A DNA stretch of 64,000 nt from an uncultured Actinomycetes bacterium (lineage in GTDB: Bacteria; Actinomycetota; Acidimicrobiia; IMCC26256; PALSA-610): NCBI GenBank assembly GCA_963835455.1, contig CAWIFT010000005.1:66402-130401 (forward strand), given 5' to 3'. Below, piece after piece: positions 35,906 through 44,811 of the stretch. The notes beneath the pieces were generated by a model. That model searched no databases, had not been told where the DNA came from, and saw nothing but the letters and a program-made list of their open reading frames with translations. The position numbers and the translations under genes were made by a program. Position 1 is the first letter of the stretch, and each line of letters starts with the position of its first letter.

Positions 35906-36951
35906 ACGTTCCCGCGACGATCGCCGACATCACGCCCGAATGGTTGAGCGACGCGCTCGGCCGGCCGGTCACCGCGATCTCGACCGAGCCGATCGGCGTC
36001 GGTGTCGGCCTCGTCGGCCAGCTCTACCGCGTGCAACTCGTCGGCGCGGGCGAACCGTCGACGTTGATCGTGAAGCTGGCCGCGCCGACCGAAGAAGGCC
36101 GCTTCGTCGCCACGGTGCTCAACATGTACGGCCGTGAGGTCGGGTTCTACAACGAGTTGTCGACGCGTACGACGATCCCGCATCCCGACTGCTACTTCGC
36201 CGCGCACGACCCCGTGACCCAGGACACCGTGCTGTTGCTCGAGGACGTATCTCTGCGCGGGCGGGGTGGCGACCAGATCGCCGGCTGTTCGCTCGCCGAG
36301 GCGCGTTCCGCCATCCGCACGCTGGCGCGGCTGCACGCCTGCTTCTGGGAAGACGAATCGCTGTCGGATTCGTCGTTCGTGTTGCAGCTGGCCGACGATC
36401 CGTATCCGGCCGCGGTCGCCATGGCGTACGACATGGCCTGGCCGCGCGTGCAGGAGTTCTTCGGCGACATGATCGACGACCGCATACGCGAATTCGGCGA
36501 CAACTACGCGGCGCGCATCCCGGGACTGTTCGCGAAGCTGTGCGAGGGGCCGCTCACGCTCGCGCACGCCGACTGGCGCCTCGACAACCTGTTCTTCACC
36601 GACGGCGACGACGACGTGATCGTGGTCGACTGGCAGCTCATCGATCGCTCGGCGGGCCCGCGCGACCTTGCGTACCACGTGACCCAGAGCGTCAACATCG
36701 ACGATCCCGACGGCTACCGGCACGCGTTCGACACGTACCTGTCCGATCTCGCCGATCTCGGGATCGAGGTCGACCGCACGTGGGCGTGGGAGATGTACCG
36801 CTACGGCGCGATGCTCGGCTTCGTGTATCCAGTCGTCGCCACCGGCGCGCTGACGATCGACGATCCGCGGCACGTCGAGCTCACGCGGGCCCTCTTCCGC
36901 CGCAGTCTGGCGGCACTGACCGCGCTCGACGCGTTCGCGCTCCCGGTATAG
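35902..36951 (+). CDS. Phosphotransferase-family kinase (APH/EcKL-like)
   Basis: ATGA overlap with the diiron oxygenase gene. Contains LIVKLA (Lys), the catalytic loop LAHADWRLDNLFF and VVDWQL. Confidence 0.8.
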   Translation: MNVPATIADITPEWLSDALGRPVTAISTEPIGVGVGLVGQLYRVQLVGAGEPSTLIVKLAAPTEEGRFVATVLNMYGREVGFYNELSTRTTIPHPDCYFAAHDPVTQDTVLLLEDVSLRGRGGDQIAGCSLAEARSAIRTLARLHACFWEDESLSDSSFVLQLADDPYPAAVAMAYDMAWPRVQEFFGDMIDDRIREFGDNYAARIPGLFAKLCEGPLTLAHADWRLDNLFFTDGDDDVIVVDWQLIDRSAGPRDLAYHVTQSVNIDDPDGYRHAFDTYLSDLADLGIEVDRTWAWEMYRYGAMLGFVYPVVATGALTIDDPRHVELTRALFRRSLAALTALDAFALPV

Positions 36952-37030
36952 CCACGCCGCCCGTGCGTACCACCTCCTTGCCACCGCAATGACCTTCAGC
37001 CCGCGTGTGGGTGCGCCGAAAAGGTGACGT

Positions 37031-37043
37031 ATGCTGACAGCAT
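37031..37043. promoter_or_regulatory. 13-bp palindrome ATGCTG-A-CAGCAT upstream of the desaturase gene
   Basis: Seen in the 191-bp lower-GC leader, 100 nt before the ATG at 37143. Confidence 0.2.
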
Positions 37044-37142
37044 CGTTCTGATGCAGTTCGGAACGGTGTCTGGCGACCCTCCTGGACCCCGAGGCTGGTC
37101 GGAAGCACGACCTTTCTCACTTTTCAGAGAGCCGAGACGCCC

Positions 37143-38093
37143 ATGACCACGTTGTTGGACCCGCCCTCCTCCTCTCCGCGCGCGCCCGAACCCGCCCGCG
37201 CACCGAGTCGGGCCAGTGTGCGCGCCGGCCGCTTCGTCACCGGCCTCCTCATGATCGGCCCACCGATTGCGCTCGCGATCGCGATTCCGCTGCTGTGGGG
37301 CCACGCCGTCAATCTGTTCGACATCGTGCTCGCGGCCATCTTCTACGTCGTCACGGGCCTCGGCATCGCGATCGGCTATCACCGCCTCTTCACGCACCGC
37401 AGCTTCCGTTCGGTGCGGTGGCTCAAGATCCTGCTCGCATCGACCGGCTCGATGGCCGTCGAGGGTTCCGTCGTCGGCTGGGTCGCGACCCACCGGCGGC
37501 ACCACGTCTTCAGTGACAAGCCCGGTGATCCCCACACGCCGCACGAGTACGGACCCGGACCGGCCGCGCAGTTGCGCGGGTTCGCGCACGCGCACGTCGG
37601 ATGGCTGTTCAAGGCCGACCCGACCTCGGCCGAGCGCTACGCGCCCGACCTGCTCGCCGACGCCGACACGATGATCATCAGCCGCCTGTTCCCGATCTTC
37701 GCGATCGCGTCGCTCGCCGCCCCGTTCTTCCTCGGCTGGACGATCACCGGCGCGTTGAGCGGCGCACTCACCGCGTTCCTGTGGGCGGGCCTGGCGCGCA
37801 TGATGCTGCTGCACCACGTCACGTGGAGCGTCAACTCCATCTGCCACATGTTCGGGAGCCAGCCCGCGACGCAGAAGGACGAGAGCACCAACTTCGCGCC
37901 GCTCGGCATCATCTCGTTCGGCGAGGCGTGGCACAACTTCCACCACGCGTTCCCGCGCTCGGCGCGCCACGGTGCACTCCCGCATCAGGTCGATCCGGCG
38001 GCGGCGGTGATCCGGTTGTTCGAGCGTGCCGGTTGGGCAACCGACGTGCGCTGGCCGACCCGAGCGCAACTCGCGGTCTGCAGGTCGGACTAG
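37143..38093 (+). CDS. Membrane acyl-CoA (stearoyl-CoA-type) desaturase
   Basis: Three histidine boxes: HRLFTH, HRRHH, HNFHH. Confidence 0.9.
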   Translation: MTTLLDPPSSSPRAPEPARAPSRASVRAGRFVTGLLMIGPPIALAIAIPLLWGHAVNLFDIVLAAIFYVVTGLGIAIGYHRLFTHRSFRSVRWLKILLASTGSMAVEGSVVGWVATHRRHHVFSDKPGDPHTPHEYGPGPAAQLRGFAHAHVGWLFKADPTSAERYAPDLLADADTMIISRLFPIFAIASLAAPFFLGWTITGALSGALTAFLWAGLARMMLLHHVTWSVNSICHMFGSQPATQKDESTNFAPLGIISFGEAWHNFHHAFPRSARHGALPHQVDPAAAVIRLFERAGWATDVRWPTRAQLAVCRSD

Positions 38094-38098
38094 CCCGC

Positions 38099-38755
38099 GT
38101 GTGCTTTTCCCCCGGCGCCGACGCGGTCGTCGGGGGAATTGTCGTCGTCGTCGGCGTCGACGCCCTGCGCCACGTCCGGGAGCCGAATCAGATACCTCTG
38201 GCGTCGCTCCCGCTGCTGTTCGGGCTGCACCAGATCGACGAGGCCTTCGTATGGTTGGGCCTGCAGGGCCGCGTGTCCGAGTCGATCGGGCGCGTGGGTG
38301 TGTGGATCTACGTGCTCTTCGCGCTGGCCGCGCTGCCGGTTCTCGTGCCGCTCGCGGTGCTCGCGGTCGAGCAATCCGCCGGTCGGCGCCGCGTCATCGG
38401 CGCGCTCGCGGCCCTCGGGATCGGCGTCGGGGTCGCGTTGGGTGTCGCGCTGTTCCGCGGTTCGGTGGATGCCGCCATCGACGGTCACCACATCGCCTAT
38501 GCCGTGAGCGCGTTGTCCCAAGGTCGCGAGCTCACGGCCTTGTACGTGGTCGCCGCGTGCGGGGCGTTGATCGCGAGCAGTCATCGCGATCTCGCCGTGC
38601 TCGGTGTCGTGAACCTCGTCGCGGTGCCGGTCCTGATGTGGCTGACCGTGAGTGGCTTCATCTCGCTGTGGTGTTTCTGGGCCGCGATCGTGAGCGTCGT
38701 GATCGACGTGCACCTCCGTCGGTCGAGCGCGGTTCGGCTCGCACACGTAACGTGA
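38099..38755 (+). CDS. DUF6629-like integral membrane protein
   Basis: GTG at 38099, 5 nt after the desaturase stop. VCFSPGADAVVGGIVVVVGVDALRHV start and multiple TM segments. Confidence 0.65.
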   Translation: MCFSPGADAVVGGIVVVVGVDALRHVREPNQIPLASLPLLFGLHQIDEAFVWLGLQGRVSESIGRVGVWIYVLFALAALPVLVPLAVLAVEQSAGRRRVIGALAALGIGVGVALGVALFRGSVDAAIDGHHIAYAVSALSQGRELTALYVVAACGALIASSHRDLAVLGVVNLVAVPVLMWLTVSGFISLWCFWAAIVSVVIDVHLRRSSAVRLAHVT

Positions 38756-38759
38756 GTGC

Positions 38760-39971
38760 ATGCGCGTTTTGGTCGTCGGAGCCGGAGGGGTCGGTGCCGC
38801 GATCGCGCGCGGCGCTGCGGAATCCGAAGTCCTCGAACACGTCGTGGTCGCCGACGTCGACGTTTCGCGGGCTGCGGCCGCGGTCGAACGGTGCGCGGAT
38901 GCGAGATTCGTAGCGCGCGCGCTCGACGCGTCGGACACCACCGCGATCACGGAACTGGCGCGGCTCGAACGGGTCGACGTCGTACTCAACGCGTGCGACC
39001 CGCGGCTCAACCCTTCGATATTCGCAGCCGCGTTCGACGCGCACTGTCACTACGTCGACATGGCGATGACCTTGTCGGAGCCCGATCCGGACCGGCCCTA
39101 CGAGGTGACGGGCGTGATGCTCGGCGAGTCGCAGTTCGCGGCGTCGGATCAATGGCAGGAGCGGGGTCTCCTCGCCCTGGTCGGCATGGGCGTGGAGCCC
39201 GGCCTCTCCGACGTCTTCGCCCGCTACGCGGCCGACCACCTCTTCTCCGAGATCGACCAGGTCGGGGTGCGCGACGGCAGCGATCTCGTCATCGACGGCT
39301 ACGACTTCGCCCCGACGTTCTCGGTCTGGACGACGATCGAGGAGTGCCTCAACCCTCCGCTCGTGTGGGAGCGCGACCGCGGGTGGTTCACCACCCGGCC
39401 CTTCTCGGAACCCGAGACGTTCGTGTTCCCCGAAGGCATCGGCCCGATCGAATGTGTGAACGTCGAGCACGAAGAGGTGCTGTTGATCCCCCGCGAGGTC
39501 TCGTGCCGGCGCGTCACGTTCAAGTACGGACTCGGCGACGAGTTCATCGAAGTGCTGCGGGTACTGGCCAAGACCGGGCTGGCCGCGACCGCTCCGGTTG
39601 TCGTGCGCGGCGTGGAGGTCGCGCCGCGCGACCTCGTCGCCGCCGTGCTTCCCGATCCCGCCGGCCTCGGTGATCGCATGCACGGCCGCACGTGCGCGGG
39701 AACGTGGGTGACGGGTACGGGTGTCGACGGTCGGCCGCGCGAGGTCTACCTGTACCACGTCTCCGACAACGCGGAAACGATGGCGCGCCACCACGCGCAG
39801 GCCGTGGTGTGGCAGACCGCGATCAATCCCGTCGTCGCGCTGGAGTTGCTGGCAACAGGTGTGTGGAGTGGTGCCGGGGTGCGGGGCCCGGAGGCGTTCG
39901 ACGCCGTCCCCTTCCTCGATCGCCTCCGCGCCCGCGGCGAGGAATGGAAGCTCGAGGAGCGCTCCAGCTAG
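38760..39971 (+). CDS. Saccharopine dehydrogenase family NAD(P)-binding protein
   Basis: MRVLVVGAGGVGAAIA Rossmann start. 403 aa. It starts 4 nt after the preceding stop. Confidence 0.85.
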   Translation: MRVLVVGAGGVGAAIARGAAESEVLEHVVVADVDVSRAAAAVERCADARFVARALDASDTTAITELARLERVDVVLNACDPRLNPSIFAAAFDAHCHYVDMAMTLSEPDPDRPYEVTGVMLGESQFAASDQWQERGLLALVGMGVEPGLSDVFARYAADHLFSEIDQVGVRDGSDLVIDGYDFAPTFSVWTTIEECLNPPLVWERDRGWFTTRPFSEPETFVFPEGIGPIECVNVEHEEVLLIPREVSCRRVTFKYGLGDEFIEVLRVLAKTGLAATAPVVVRGVEVAPRDLVAAVLPDPAGLGDRMHGRTCAGTWVTGTGVDGRPREVYLYHVSDNAETMARHHAQAVVWQTAINPVVALELLATGVWSGAGVRGPEAFDAVPFLDRLRARGEEWKLEERSS

Positions 39972-40096
39972 GAACGAGCGGCTTCGGGCTCGTCGACCGG
40001 CGCGATGCTCGCAACGACGAGCTCGAGCGCAGACCGATCCATGGGACGCCATGCTGGCGCATTCACCCTTGTTTCATTGGGTGGTTCTGCTAGAGT

Positions 40097-40112
40097 ACGA
40101 ACATATGTTCGT
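40097..40112. promoter_or_regulatory. LexA-type SOS box (GAAC-N4-GTTC) overlapping the HNH gene start codon
   Basis: Perfect 16-bp palindrome ACGAACATATGTTCGT. It matches the actinobacterial/mycobacterial consensus TCGAAC-N4-GTTCGA. The ATG at 40105 lies in its centre. A TAGAGT -10-like hexamer is at 40091-40096 and TTGTTT at 40069-40074. Confidence 0.7.
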
Positions 40113-41184
40113 GTCACTGGAGCTCCTGATGAAGAAGCGGCGGGAGCTCGACGCGGCCGAAGCGGCGTGGCTCAAAGATGTCGCCGACTACGACCGTTCC
40201 GGCGACTACACCGTCGATAACTTCCAGTCCGCGGCGTCCGCGTTGCGGCACGCGTGCAACATCGATCCGGGTGTCGCGCACCGGTACGTCACGCTGTCCC
40301 GAAAGCTCGAGCAGCTGCCCGACGTGTCGGCCGCGTTCGAAGCGGGCGACATCTCGACGCGTCATGCGCACGTGATGGCTGATGCGTACACGCCGGGCCG
40401 GGCCGCGGAGATCGGGAGCTGTGAAGCCGAGTTGGTCGAGCAGGCGCGACAGCATCCGCCAAAGGTGTTCGCTGCGATAGTGCGCCGGTTCACCGACGCG
40501 ATCGATGGCGACGGCGGCGCAAGTGGGGACGAGACCGATTACGACCGGCGCGCCCTCTACAGCGCGAGGACGTTGAATGGCGCGTTCGACCTCCGTGGGA
40601 ACGGCGACCAACTGTCGGGCGACTGCATCGACACGGCGTTGAACACCGAGATGAAGCGCGACCTACAACATCAGGATCCGCGTTCGACGCCGCAGCGTCG
40701 GTTCGATGCGCTCACAGGGATCTGCCGGCTGTACGTCGAGCAGCTGAACCCGAGCGACGTGCACGGTGTGCGGCCCCACGTGAGTGTTGTCGTCGACATT
40801 GACGAACTCCCCGGCGCGGCTGCAGAGACCGGAGTGCGCGTCCCGACCGAGGTCCGGCGCAACGAGTACTCCGCGGCGATGTTGGAACTGATCTCCTGCG
40901 ATTGCGAGATCAGCCGCATCATCATGCAAGGTCGGTCTGAAATCCTCGACGTCGGCCGCGCCACCAACACTGCGACTGCCGCGCAATGGAAAGCACTCGT
41001 GGCGCGCGACCGCCACTGCCAAGCCTCCGGCTGCAACCGCCCTCCCAGCCACTGCGAAGCGCATCACCTGTGGCACTGGGGCCGCGGCGGCCCGACCGAC
41101 CTCGATAATCTCGAACTCTTGTGTTGGTTCCACCACCGGGAACGACATATCGAAGAAGCGAAAGCCCGCGCCCGCGGCGGGTAG
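40105..41184 (+). mobile_element. HNH endonuclease with DUF222 N-terminal region (13E12-repeat-family type)
   Basis: The start MFVSLELL lies inside ORF 39721..41184. The C-terminal HNH signature is RHCQASGCNRPPSHCEAHHLWHWGRGGPTDLDNLELLCWFHHRERH. Confidence 0.85.
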
Positions 41185-41232
41185 TCGTCGCGTCCCCGCG
41201 CGCAATCGCCGTGGGCTTGCCCACCTTGTACG

Positions 41233-41442
41233 GTGAGCCACATGACTCCCAGGTACGGCACCGTCAAAGGCGAGACACCACCCGCGCTGCACCGCGTCGG
41301 CACCCTTTCCGGCCGGTCGTGTTGCGGCAAGCCGATCACGCTGCTCCCCGCCGGCGACCGACCGAGGCTCGTCGTCTGCGGAAGGTGCAAGGCGCTCGAC
41401 GAATCGCGGCGCGAGGGAATTCCCGAGTGGTTCTCTGACTAG
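41233..41442 (+). CDS. Small Cys-containing hypothetical protein
   Basis: 69-aa ORF with high GC3. It contains SCCGK...VVCGRCK (a four-Cys arrangement). It overlaps the convergent aminotransferase end by 4 nt. I recognise no family. Confidence 0.35.
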   Translation: MSHMTPRYGTVKGETPPALHRVGTLSGRSCCGKPITLLPAGDRPRLVVCGRCKALDESRREGIPEWFSD

Positions 41443-42782
41443 ATACGAGACCAGGCTTCGGTGAGCACCGAGCGCAACACCTGCTCGATGTAGTCGAACT
41501 CGGGCTGACCGATGGTGAGCGGCGGCGCGAGTTGGATGACCGGGTCGCCGCGGTCGTCGGCGCGGCAGATGAGGCCCGCTTCGTACAAGGCCCGAGACAG
41601 AAATCCCCGCAACAACCGTTCGCTCTCGTCGGCGTTGAACGTGGTCTTCGTGGCCTTGTCCTTCACGAGCTCGATGCCGTAGAAGTAGCCCGCGCCGCGC
41701 ACGTCGCCGACGATGGGGAGGTCGTACAGCTTCTCGAGCGTGGCGCGGAACGCGGCCTCGTTGGCGCGCACGTGCTCGGGGAGTCCTTCGCGTTCCATGA
41801 GATCGAGGTTCGCGAGCGCCACCGCGCAGCTCACGGGATGACCGGCGAACGTGATGCCGTGCAGGAACGTCTTGTTGTCCCGCAGGAACGGATCGACGAT
41901 GTGCGGGCGCACGATCATGCCGCCGATCGGCGCGTACCCCGACGTCATGCCCTTGGCCATCGTGATGATGTCGGGCTGGTACTCGTAGCGCTGCGAACCG
42001 AACCAGTGGCCGAGGCGGCCGAACGCGCAGATCACCTCGTCGGAGACGAGCAACACGCCGGTCTCGTCGCAGATCTCGCGGACGCGTTGGAAGTAGCCGT
42101 CGGTGGGCGGGAAGCAGCCGCCCGAGTTCTGCACCGGCTCGAGGAACACCGCCGCCACCGACTCCGGCCCTTCCATCTCGATCGCGAGCGCAATGGCTTC
42201 CGCGGGATCGATGGGGGAAGGACGGTACGGGTTCGTGTTGGGCACGCGGACCGCACCGGGAACGAGCGGTTCGAACGGCATCTTGATCGCGGGAACGCCG
42301 GTGATCGACAGCGCGCCCATGGTCGTGCCGTGGTACGCGATCTGCCGGCCGATCACCTTGTAGCGGTGCGGTTGTCCGGTGGCCTGGAAGTACTGGCGGG
42401 CGAGCTTCCACGCCGACTCGACGGCCTCGCTGCCGCCGGTGGTGAAGAACACGCGCTCGAGGTCGCCGGGGGCGAGGCTCGCGAGGCGTTCGGCGAGCTC
42501 GATGGCGCCGGGGTGCGCGTAGCTCCACACCGGGAAGTACGCGAGCTTGCGCATCTGCTCCGAGGCCGCGTCCGCGAGCTCGTTGCGACCGTGGCCGACC
42601 TGCGAGACGAACAACCCCGCGAGACCGTCGAGGTAACGCTTCCCGTTCTGGTCGTAGACCCACGCCCCTTCGCCGCGCACGATGATCGGGATGTCGGCGT
42701 CGGAGCCGGGCATCGGGGTGAAGTGCATCCACAGATAGCGGTGCGCGGCGGCGGTCAGCGAGTCGGATGATGTCGTTGTCAT
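41439..42782 (-). CDS. Class III (omega) aminotransferase, putrescine/beta-alanine-pyruvate type
   Basis: 447 aa. TTGGSEAVE, DEVICAFGRLG, and the PLP lysine context TMAKGMTSGY. Confidence 0.88.
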   Translation of the reverse strand: MTTTSSDSLTAAAHRYLWMHFTPMPGSDADIPIIVRGEGAWVYDQNGKRYLDGLAGLFVSQVGHGRNELADAASEQMRKLAYFPVWSYAHPGAIELAERLASLAPGDLERVFFTTGGSEAVESAWKLARQYFQATGQPHRYKVIGRQIAYHGTTMGALSITGVPAIKMPFEPLVPGAVRVPNTNPYRPSPIDPAEAIALAIEMEGPESVAAVFLEPVQNSGGCFPPTDGYFQRVREICDETGVLLVSDEVICAFGRLGHWFGSQRYEYQPDIITMAKGMTSGYAPIGGMIVRPHIVDPFLRDNKTFLHGITFAGHPVSCAVALANLDLMEREGLPEHVRANEAAFRATLEKLYDLPIVGDVRGAGYFYGIELVKDKATKTTFNADESERLLRGFLSRALYEAGLICRADDRGDPVIQLAPPLTIGQPEFDYIEQVLRSVLTEAWSRI

Positions 42783-43279
42783 CAGGTTCCCCAGGAATAG
42801 GTCTGCTTTTCGAGGCGCAGGTAGACGAAGGTCTCGGTCGAACGGATCCCCGGGATCGATCGGATCTGCGTGTTGATGACTTCGAGCAGGTGCTCGTCGT
42901 CGCGTGCCGTGAGCTCGACGAGGAGGTCGTACGTGCCCGAGCAGATGACGACGTAGTCGATCTCCTCGTTCGCGCTGAGCTTGGCCGCCAGCTCCCGGAC
43001 GTCGCCGTCGACCTTGATGCCGACCATCGCCTGGCGGTGGAATCCCACCTGCAGCGGGTCGGTGACGGCGACGATCTGCATCACGCCCGCGTCGAGGAGG
43101 CGCTGGACCCGCTGGCGCACCGCGGCCTCGGACAGCCCGATCGTCTTTGCAATCGAGGTGTACGGGCGGCGACCATCGCGTTGGAGCTCCCGGATGATCT
43201 GCATCGACACGTCGTCGAGCAGGGGACCGGGGCTCCGGTGGTCATCAGTGCGAATATCGTCGTCAGATATCTGTGCCAC
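42782..43279 (-). CDS. Lrp/AsnC-family transcriptional regulator
   Basis: HTH region LDDVSMQIIRELQRDGRRPYTSIAKTIGLSEAAVRQRVQRL plus a RAM/AsnC_trans_reg domain. Confidence 0.88.
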   Translation of the reverse strand: MAQISDDDIRTDDHRSPGPLLDDVSMQIIRELQRDGRRPYTSIAKTIGLSEAAVRQRVQRLLDAGVMQIVAVTDPLQVGFHRQAMVGIKVDGDVRELAAKLSANEEIDYVVICSGTYDLLVELTARDDEHLLEVINTQIRSIPGIRSTETFVYLRLEKQTYSWGT

Positions 43280-43364
43280 AACGATCTACTTGCAGAGACA
43301 GCGGATGATCTGCGAATACTAGCTTTAGTGTGCCGATCGAGTCCACGCGTGGAGAGGGGTTCCC

Positions 43365-44789
43365 ATGGAAGTCGTCCAGAACTTCGTGAACGGCAAGGCG
43401 GTCGACGCCCGCGACGGCGCCACCACGCCGATCGTCGACCCGTGCACCGGCGAGACCTACGGCTCGGCGCCGCGGTCGAGCGCGGCCGACGTGGACGACG
43501 CGATGGCCGCCGCCCAGGCCGCGTTCGCCGGCTGGCGGGCCCAGACCCCGTCGGAGCGCAGCCTCGCCCTGCTGCGGATCGCCGACGCGCTCGAGCGCGA
43601 CGCCGATCGTTTCATCGCCGCCGAATGCCGCAACACGGGCAAGCCGAAGGCCTTGATGGCCTCCGAGGAGATCCCGCCCGCGGTCGACCAGATCCGGTTC
43701 TTCGCGGGTGCCGCGCGGATGCTCGAAGGACGCGCCGCGGCCGAGTACATGGCGGGGCTCACGTCGTTCATCCGGCGCGAGCCCATCGGCGTGGTCGCGC
43801 AGGTCTCGCCGTGGAACTACCCGTTGATGATGGCCATCTGGAAGATCGCGCCCGCGCTCGCCGCGGGCAACACCGTCGTGCTCAAGCCGGCCGAGACCAC
43901 ACCGGCCACCACCGCGATGCTCGCCGAGCTCGCGGCGGAGTTCCTCCCCGCCGGTGTGCTCAACGTGGTGTGCGGCGACCGCGACAGCGGCCGCGCGCTC
44001 GTCGAGCACAAGGTGCCCGGTCTGGTGTCGATCACCGGGAGCGTGCGGGCGGGCATGGAGGTTGCGGCCTCCGCCGCGACCGACCTGAAGCGCGTGCACC
44101 TCGAGCTCGGGGGCAATGCGCCCATCATCGTGTGCGACGACGCCGACCTCGAAGCCGCGGCCGCGGGCATCGCCATCGCCGGCTACTTCAACGCCGGCCA
44201 GGACTGCACCGCGGCGACGCGCGTCATCGCCGCGGCGTCGATTCACGACCGCTTCGTCGACCTGCTCGTGGCCGAAGCCAAGGCCAAGAAGGTCGGCGGT
44301 CTCGACGTCGAGGACGCCGACCTCGGGCCGGTGAACAATCCGCAGCAGCTCGAACGGGTCACGGGCTTCATCGACCGGCTGCCGTCGGCGGCCGAGGTCC
44401 TGTGCGGGGGCAAGCGCATCGGCGACAAGGGTTACTTCTTCGAGCCGACGGTGGTCGCGGGGGTCAAGCAGGACGACGAGATCGTGCAGCAGGAGGTGTT
44501 CGGGCCCGTCATCACGGTGCAGCGTTTCAACGACGTTGCCGACGCGGTCAGCGACGCGAACGGCACCGACTACGGGTTGTCGTCGAGCGTGTGGACGCGC
44601 GACCACGCCAACGCGATGCGCCTTTCGGCTGCACTCGACTTCGGTTGCGTGTGGATCAACACGCACATCCCGCTCGTCGCGGAGATGCCGCACGGCGGGT
44701 TCAAGCACTCCGGCTACGGCAAGGACCTCTCGATGTACGCGCTCGACGACTACACGCGCGTGAAGCACGTGATGAGCTCGCTCGAATAG
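43365..44789 (+). CDS. Aldehyde dehydrogenase, gamma-aminobutyraldehyde dehydrogenase-like
   Basis: VSPWNYP, LELGGNAP (catalytic Glu) and FNAGQDCTAATR (catalytic Cys). 474 aa. Confidence 0.88.
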   Translation: MEVVQNFVNGKAVDARDGATTPIVDPCTGETYGSAPRSSAADVDDAMAAAQAAFAGWRAQTPSERSLALLRIADALERDADRFIAAECRNTGKPKALMASEEIPPAVDQIRFFAGAARMLEGRAAAEYMAGLTSFIRREPIGVVAQVSPWNYPLMMAIWKIAPALAAGNTVVLKPAETTPATTAMLAELAAEFLPAGVLNVVCGDRDSGRALVEHKVPGLVSITGSVRAGMEVAASAATDLKRVHLELGGNAPIIVCDDADLEAAAAGIAIAGYFNAGQDCTAATRVIAAASIHDRFVDLLVAEAKAKKVGGLDVEDADLGPVNNPQQLERVTGFIDRLPSAAEVLCGGKRIGDKGYFFEPTVVAGVKQDDEIVQQEVFGPVITVQRFNDVADAVSDANGTDYGLSSSVWTRDHANAMRLSAALDFGCVWINTHIPLVAEMPHGGFKHSGYGKDLSMYALDDYTRVKHVMSSLE

Positions 44790-44811
44790 TCCGCGCTACT
44801 TGCGCACCGCG

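Noticed and set aside
40663-42732. 689-aa minus-strand ORF
   Set aside because: It runs out of frame over the class III aminotransferase and antisense to the HNH gene. Arg/Pro/His-rich nonsense.
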